Below are positions 59,527-64,000 of a stretch of 64,000 nt of DNA, piece by piece. Under the pieces are notes generated by a model. It ran no database searches and was not told where the DNA came from. It was given only the letters and a program-made list of their open reading frames with translations. The position numbers were made by a program, and so were the translations under genes. The stretch spans positions 795,154 through 859,153 of the forward strand of contig OZ253668.1 of the NCBI GenBank assembly GCA_965263275.1, read 5' to 3'. The first letter of the stretch is position 1, and each line of letters opens with the position of its first letter. Source of the stretch: Thermodesulfobacteriota bacterium (lineage in GTDB: Bacteria > Desulfobacterota_D > UBA1144 > Nemesobacterales > Nemesobacteraceae).

Positions 59527-61950
59527 TCACATGAAATCATAAGGGTCAACATCCACTACAAGCTTAATTCCCGAAGCGTGTTTTTTCAACGAATCGTAAA
59601 GTGCAGAAGCATAGTTTCTAAGCAACCCCAGATTTTTTGACACAATAATAATCTGCCACCTGAACCTGTTTCTCAACTTGTATATGGGAGCCTCGGAGGG
59701 ACCGAGCACTTTAAGCGATCCGGGTGGAAGTTTGAGGAGAAACTTTTCCGCCGTGCTTTTCATCTTTTCGGCGAAATCTCTTGTTTTTTCCTCATTAAGT
59801 CCATTTATCCTAAAAGATATGAACCTTGAGAAAGGAGGCTGGTTAAGAGACTCTCTAAGTTGCAGTTCTTCCTCCAGAAACCCGGAACTGTTATGAGTAA
59901 CGGCAAATTCTACCGAAGGATGTCCGGGGTTATGTGTCTGCAGAATAACCGTCCCGGGCTTCTCTCCCCTGCCCGTTCTCCCGGCTACCTGTGTCAGTAC
60001 CTGAAACGTTTTTTCTCCCGAGCGGAAGTCGGGCATCCCGAGCATATGATCGGCAGAGAGAACGCCGACCAGCGTAACCCCCGGCAAATCATGTCCCTTG
60101 GCCACCATCTGGGTTCCGACAAGAACGTCCACCCCTCCGGATTCAAGCCTTCGGTAAAGGTCAAAAAGCTTGGTTTTTCCGCGAATGTAATCCCTGTCCA
60201 TAACGAAAACCCTGGCATCAGGGAGGATGTTTCTTACCTGTTCCTCTACTTTCTGGGTACCTAGGCCCTTGCCCATGTATCTGGCCCCGCAGTGACTGCA
60301 GCTGTTCTCGAACTCCTGGCGGATTCCGCAGTAATGGCACTTGATTGAATTATCTTTTTTGTGAAAAGTAAGGGTTATCGAGCAGTTGGGACACTTAAAA
60401 AGTTCACCGCAGTCCCCGCAGACTAAAAAACTGGAAAAACCTCTTCTGTTAATAAAAAGGATCGTCTGTCCCCCGCGGCTGAAGTTCTCCACAAGAGCTT
60501 CCTTGAGGGGGGGGGAGAAGACACTTTCATTTACGTTTTTCATATCCACAAGCTCAACATCGGGAAGCCTGCTTGTCCCCACTCTCGCCGGAAGAGAAAG
60601 ATATTCGTATTTGCCTCTGATCGAGTTTGCGTAGGATTCAATGGAAGGAGTCGCGGAGCCCAGAATAACCGGACAGCCGTATATCGTTCCAAGCACGACC
60701 GCGGCGTCACGGGCGTTGTAACATGGCGTCTCGCTCTGCTTGTAGGAGGATTCGTGCTCTTCATCCACCACCACGAGGCCGAGATTCTCAAGCGGAGCGA
60801 AAACCGCGGAGCGTGCGCCTATTACAACGCTTAACTCGCCGCTACGGGCCCTTCTCCAGACGTCAAACCTCTCCCCTTCGCTGAGTCCGCTGTGAATCAC
60901 CGATACCGCGTCGGCAAAACGGGAACGGAATCTCTTCACCAGAAGCGGGGTAAGCGCTATTTCGGGAACCATAACTATCGCCTGTTTTCCCCCGGCTATC
61001 ACTTCGCTCACAACCCTGAGGTAAACCTCGGTTTTTCCGCTTCCCGTAACCCCGTGAAGAAGAAAGCAGCGATATTCACCCCTTTCAATGTAAGGCAGAA
61101 TTTTGTCTATAGCCATCCGCTGATCCTGAGTAAGTTGCTTGGGCGGCTCCTCCTCAGCATCAAAGACGGCGTAAGGATCTCTTCCGATCTCCCTCAGTTC
61201 CACGGAGACCAAGGCGTTATCTGCAAGCCACTTTACGTGAGCCGTGAAATTACCGAATATCTCCTTTAATTCCGAATGGGACACCGAGCCGTGGAGGTTT
61301 ATGAATTCAAGTACGGCTCCCTTGGCCGGTTTTTTTTTCTTGATCCCCAAAACGGTGTCCGGATCGCAGGCGGCACCGTAGATTTTTTCGTATTTTACTT
61401 TCTCGTCGCTTATAACCCTGTAGTCAAATTCAACATGCCCTCTTCTCTGAAGAGAGTTAAGATTCTCAAGCGATGCTCCGCCACTGAGTTCCAGAAGTTT
61501 CTCCGAAGTCAGTTCCTCTTCAAGCAAAAGAGTTTCAAGGATTTTTTTCTCGAGGTTATCCGAGCCCTTTTCCCGAAGACGGTTTTTTCCTTCTTCCGTG
61601 ACCCGCACGGTTTTCTCGACGCTTTTACCGAGCCCAAGAGGATGCGCGAACTTAAGCACGATTCCGAGAGACGCCATGTAGTACTCGGAGACCCAGCGGA
61701 AAAATTCCAGGCGTTTTTCGTCAAAAAGCGCGGATTCATCCAGAATGTCGATTATATCCTTTAACTCGAAATCGACTTTCCGTTTCCTTTCATGCCCTAC
61801 CACGTACCCTATGGCCTTGCGGTTCCCTAGTGGAACGAACACCCTCTTTCCCGTAGCGATACTGTCTTGGAAATGTCCCGGAACCGAATATAGAAAAAGC
61901 TGTTCGGAATGAATTGGCAAAGCTACTTGAACAATCTTTCCTGAAGCCAT
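59527..61950 (-). CDS. priA: primosomal protein N' (replication restart helicase PriA)
   Basis: 807 aa, N-terminal 3'BD/WH domains, Walker A (FLLHGVTGSGKTEVYL), DEEH, and a Cys-rich zinc-binding insert (CGDCGELFKCPNCS...CHYCG...CSHCG). Confidence 0.9.
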   Translation of the reverse strand: MASGKIVQVALPIHSEQLFLYSVPGHFQDSIATGKRVFVPLGNRKAIGYVVGHERKRKVDFELKDIIDILDESALFDEKRLEFFRWVSEYYMASLGIVLKFAHPLGLGKSVEKTVRVTEEGKNRLREKGSDNLEKKILETLLLEEELTSEKLLELSGGASLENLNSLQRRGHVEFDYRVISDEKVKYEKIYGAACDPDTVLGIKKKKPAKGAVLEFINLHGSVSHSELKEIFGNFTAHVKWLADNALVSVELREIGRDPYAVFDAEEEPPKQLTQDQRMAIDKILPYIERGEYRCFLLHGVTGSGKTEVYLRVVSEVIAGGKQAIVMVPEIALTPLLVKRFRSRFADAVSVIHSGLSEGERFDVWRRARSGELSVVIGARSAVFAPLENLGLVVVDEEHESSYKQSETPCYNARDAAVVLGTIYGCPVILGSATPSIESYANSIRGKYEYLSLPARVGTSRLPDVELVDMKNVNESVFSPPLKEALVENFSRGGQTILFINRRGFSSFLVCGDCGELFKCPNCSITLTFHKKDNSIKCHYCGIRQEFENSCSHCGARYMGKGLGTQKVEEQVRNILPDARVFVMDRDYIRGKTKLFDLYRRLESGGVDVLVGTQMVAKGHDLPGVTLVGVLSADHMLGMPDFRSGEKTFQVLTQVAGRTGRGEKPGTVILQTHNPGHPSVEFAVTHNSSGFLEEELQLRESLNQPPFSRFISFRINGLNEEKTRDFAEKMKSTAEKFLLKLPPGSLKVLGPSEAPIYKLRNRFRWQIIIVSKNLGLLRNYASALYDSLKKHASGIKLVVDVDPYDFM

Positions 61951-62136
61951 AGCAATCTCAGAAGATCCGAAAATCTAGTCTCACAGAAAAGTATATATAA
62001 AAGCCGGGAAAGAACCTTGGGTTCGGGCCGAGAAGTTTCCCTTATTAACTTCGAGATATGGAAAGCGGGAACATGTACGCAAAAAAGGGGATATGAAACC
62101 AAAGCCCTGCCCCGCGCGATTCACCCACGCGCAATA

Positions 62137-63843
62137 TCAGGCAAGATCTGCGGGCATCATTATCATATCGTCCATCGTACCGCCGGGAGCTATCATCGGA
62201 TAAACCATTTCCGTTTCATCGACCTCTATTTCCATGAGGACAACGCCGGGAGTGTTAAGACCTTCTCTGAGAGTGGGCTCAAGTTCTTCGGGTTTCACCG
62301 CCCGAAGGCCTCTGGCACCGAAAGCCTCGGCAAGCTTTACGAAATCCGGCAGCACTTCAAACCGCGACGCGGAGTAATTGCTATCAAAGAACATCGTCTG
62401 CCACTGCCTTACCATTCCGTGATGACCGTTGTTGAAAACAATGATCTTAAGATCCATATTGTTTTCAACCGCCGTTGCGAGTTCCTGGAAATTCATCTGG
62501 AAGCTTCCATCGCCGGCAACGCATATCACCCGCTCATCCGGTCTTGCGTACTTCGCTCCCATAGAGGCGGGGAGGCTGAATCCCATTGTTCCCAGTCCCC
62601 CAGAGGTAATGTGGGTTCTGGGTCTTTCGAACTTGTAGAACTGGGCTACCCACATCTGATGCTGACCCACGTCGGAAACTATTATGGAGTCCCCATTCGT
62701 GATCTTGTAAAGCATGTCTATGGCGTAGGTCGTGAGAATCTTCCCGCTTCCCTGAGAATAAGTAAGCGGATGTTTTTCCTCCCAATCCCTTACCCGCCTG
62801 AGCCAGGATTCCCTTCCCTCAAGGTCAATCTCGCCGGGAAGAGCGTCAAGTATCTGGCGCAGTATGGTCTTGGCGTCCCCTACTATAGGACACTGAACCG
62901 TTATGTTCTTGTCTATCGAGGAAGGGTCTATGTCTATATGGATAATTTCCGCGTGGGGGGCAAACTCTTCAAAGTTTCCACCCGTAGCCCTGTCGTCAAA
63001 CCTCCCGCCTACCGAGATAACGAGATCCGATTCGGTCACAGTCATATTGGCCGCGTAGGAACCGTGCATCCCGAGCATGCTTATGAAAAGCGGATCGCTT
63101 GCCGGATAACCTCCAAGCCCCATAAGGGTTGAAGCCACAGGTATCTGAAGCCGGTGGCAGAACTCAAGGAGCTCCTTCGTAGCCCCGGACCAGATAACTC
63201 CTCCTCCGGAATAGACGACGGGTCGCTTTGAGGCAACCAGCATCTCGACCGCCCTTTTTATCTGCGAGGGATTTCCCTTCATAGTGGGCTTGTAGCCTTT
63301 GATATCTATTTCATCGGGGATTACGAATTCGTCTTCTCCTATGAGAACATCCTTCGGCATATCAACAAGAACCGGGCTGGGTCTTCCGGTGCCGGCTATG
63401 TGGAAGGCCTCTTTCATTACTCTCGGAAGATCCCGGGTTTTCCGCACAAGGTAGTTATGTTTCGTGCAGGGCCTTGTTATGCCGATATGATCGGCTTCCT
63501 GGAACGCATCGCTTCCAAGGTACTGTGTCGGAACCTGTCCCGTAAAAATAACTATGGGAGATGAATCCATCTGCGCCGTCGCGATACCGGTAACGGTATT
63601 GGTTGCTGCTGGACCCGAAGTGCAGAGTACAACTCCCGGTCTTCCAGAAGCTCTTGCGTACCCGTCTGCCATGTGCGTCGCTCCCTGCTCATGTCTCACC
63701 AGGACGTGCTTTATCCTGTCGGTGTAACCGGTCATCACGTCATAGACCTTGAGAACGTAACCTCCCGGCAGTCCGAAGACCACGTCAATACCTTGGTGAA
63801 GGAGCGTCTCAAAGAACATCTGTGCGCCGAGCATCTTGGCCAT
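62137..63843 (-). CDS. ilvB: acetolactate synthase (biosynthetic type), large catalytic subunit
   Basis: ThDP-enzyme architecture with the GDGSFQMNFQELAT ThDP motif and a FAD domain. The track ORF extends to 63930. Met at 63843 (MAKMLGAQMFFETL) fits the family N-terminus. Confidence 0.9.
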   Translation of the reverse strand: MAKMLGAQMFFETLLHQGIDVVFGLPGGYVLKVYDVMTGYTDRIKHVLVRHEQGATHMADGYARASGRPGVVLCTSGPAATNTVTGIATAQMDSSPIVIFTGQVPTQYLGSDAFQEADHIGITRPCTKHNYLVRKTRDLPRVMKEAFHIAGTGRPSPVLVDMPKDVLIGEDEFVIPDEIDIKGYKPTMKGNPSQIKRAVEMLVASKRPVVYSGGGVIWSGATKELLEFCHRLQIPVASTLMGLGGYPASDPLFISMLGMHGSYAANMTVTESDLVISVGGRFDDRATGGNFEEFAPHAEIIHIDIDPSSIDKNITVQCPIVGDAKTILRQILDALPGEIDLEGRESWLRRVRDWEEKHPLTYSQGSGKILTTYAIDMLYKITNGDSIIVSDVGQHQMWVAQFYKFERPRTHITSGGLGTMGFSLPASMGAKYARPDERVICVAGDGSFQMNFQELATAVENNMDLKIIVFNNGHHGMVRQWQTMFFDSNYSASRFEVLPDFVKLAEAFGARGLRAVKPEELEPTLREGLNTPGVVLMEIEVDETEMVYPMIAPGGTMDDMIMMPADLA

Positions 63844-64000
63844 TTTATACTGTCTCCCGTGATTGTTCTGAAAATGCGGAATACCTACAACCCACCCGCT
63901 TAATCTATCACTGCGTGCAGACAACTTCAAGACCGGCAGGGAAAAAGATTCCTACCGCCGTTTCGGCGACGACATTTCACGCTCCGCTGCGGAGCGGCGA

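Noticed and set aside
62017-63132. 371-aa ORF on the plus strand
   Set aside because: Antisense to the well-conserved ilvB gene, with no recognisable motifs. This is typical spurious antisense ORF content in GC-rich coding DNA.

Overview
This is a 64 kb chromosomal segment at roughly 55% GC, apparently from a diderm bacterium. It is mostly densely packed housekeeping genes on both strands.

Recognisable content:
- 5'-partial hemB and rpmE.
- A late-step futalosine/menaquinone cluster: MqnC/E-family radical SAM, then UbiD-, UbiX- and UbiA-family genes.
- recO, argJ, pyrD, ychF and tRNA-His.
- A glyoxylate-shunt pair: malate synthase plus a long ICL2-type isocitrate lyase.
- mgtE, tRNA-Arg and tRNA-Pro.
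- An MBL-fold hydrolase, a small outer-membrane beta-barrel protein and recF.
- A Cdc48/VCP-like double-AAA ATPase immediately followed by prepilin peptidase PilD and a DUF1460-like protein.
- obg, queG, a rhomboid protease, a 6-phosphofructokinase and tRNA-Thr.
- A hemE-hemH-hemY heme cluster, with hemD apparently fused to hemE.
- lysA, exbBD, two transporters, ddl and an MltD-like lytic transglycosylase with LysM repeats.
- Two tandem Ogg2-family DNA glycosylases and a PIG-L deacetylase.
- A low-GC island carrying an AbiEi/AbiEii pair.
- gatB, then a zeta-toxin-like P-loop kinase with a small downstream ORF.
- An isolated nuoF, lhgO, carD/cdnL, an alkaline-phosphatase-family protein, glnE, priA and ilvB.

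At least six otherwise conserved genes (recO, mgtE with three indels, the MBL hydrolase, the OMP, recF, pilD) are interrupted by single-base indels. Each lies at a homopolymer run. That pattern looks like sequencing or assembly error rather than decay, so pseudogene calls here are uncertain.

The most interesting spots:
- the Cdc48-like ATPase/PilD operon;
- the AbiE island and the nearby zeta-like module;
- the apparent HemD-HemE fusion;
- the tandem Ogg2 pair;
- an orphan small ORF with hairpins between aceA and mgtE;
- a perfect 31-nt palindrome downstream of the heme operon.

No CRISPR array, transposase or rRNA was seen.
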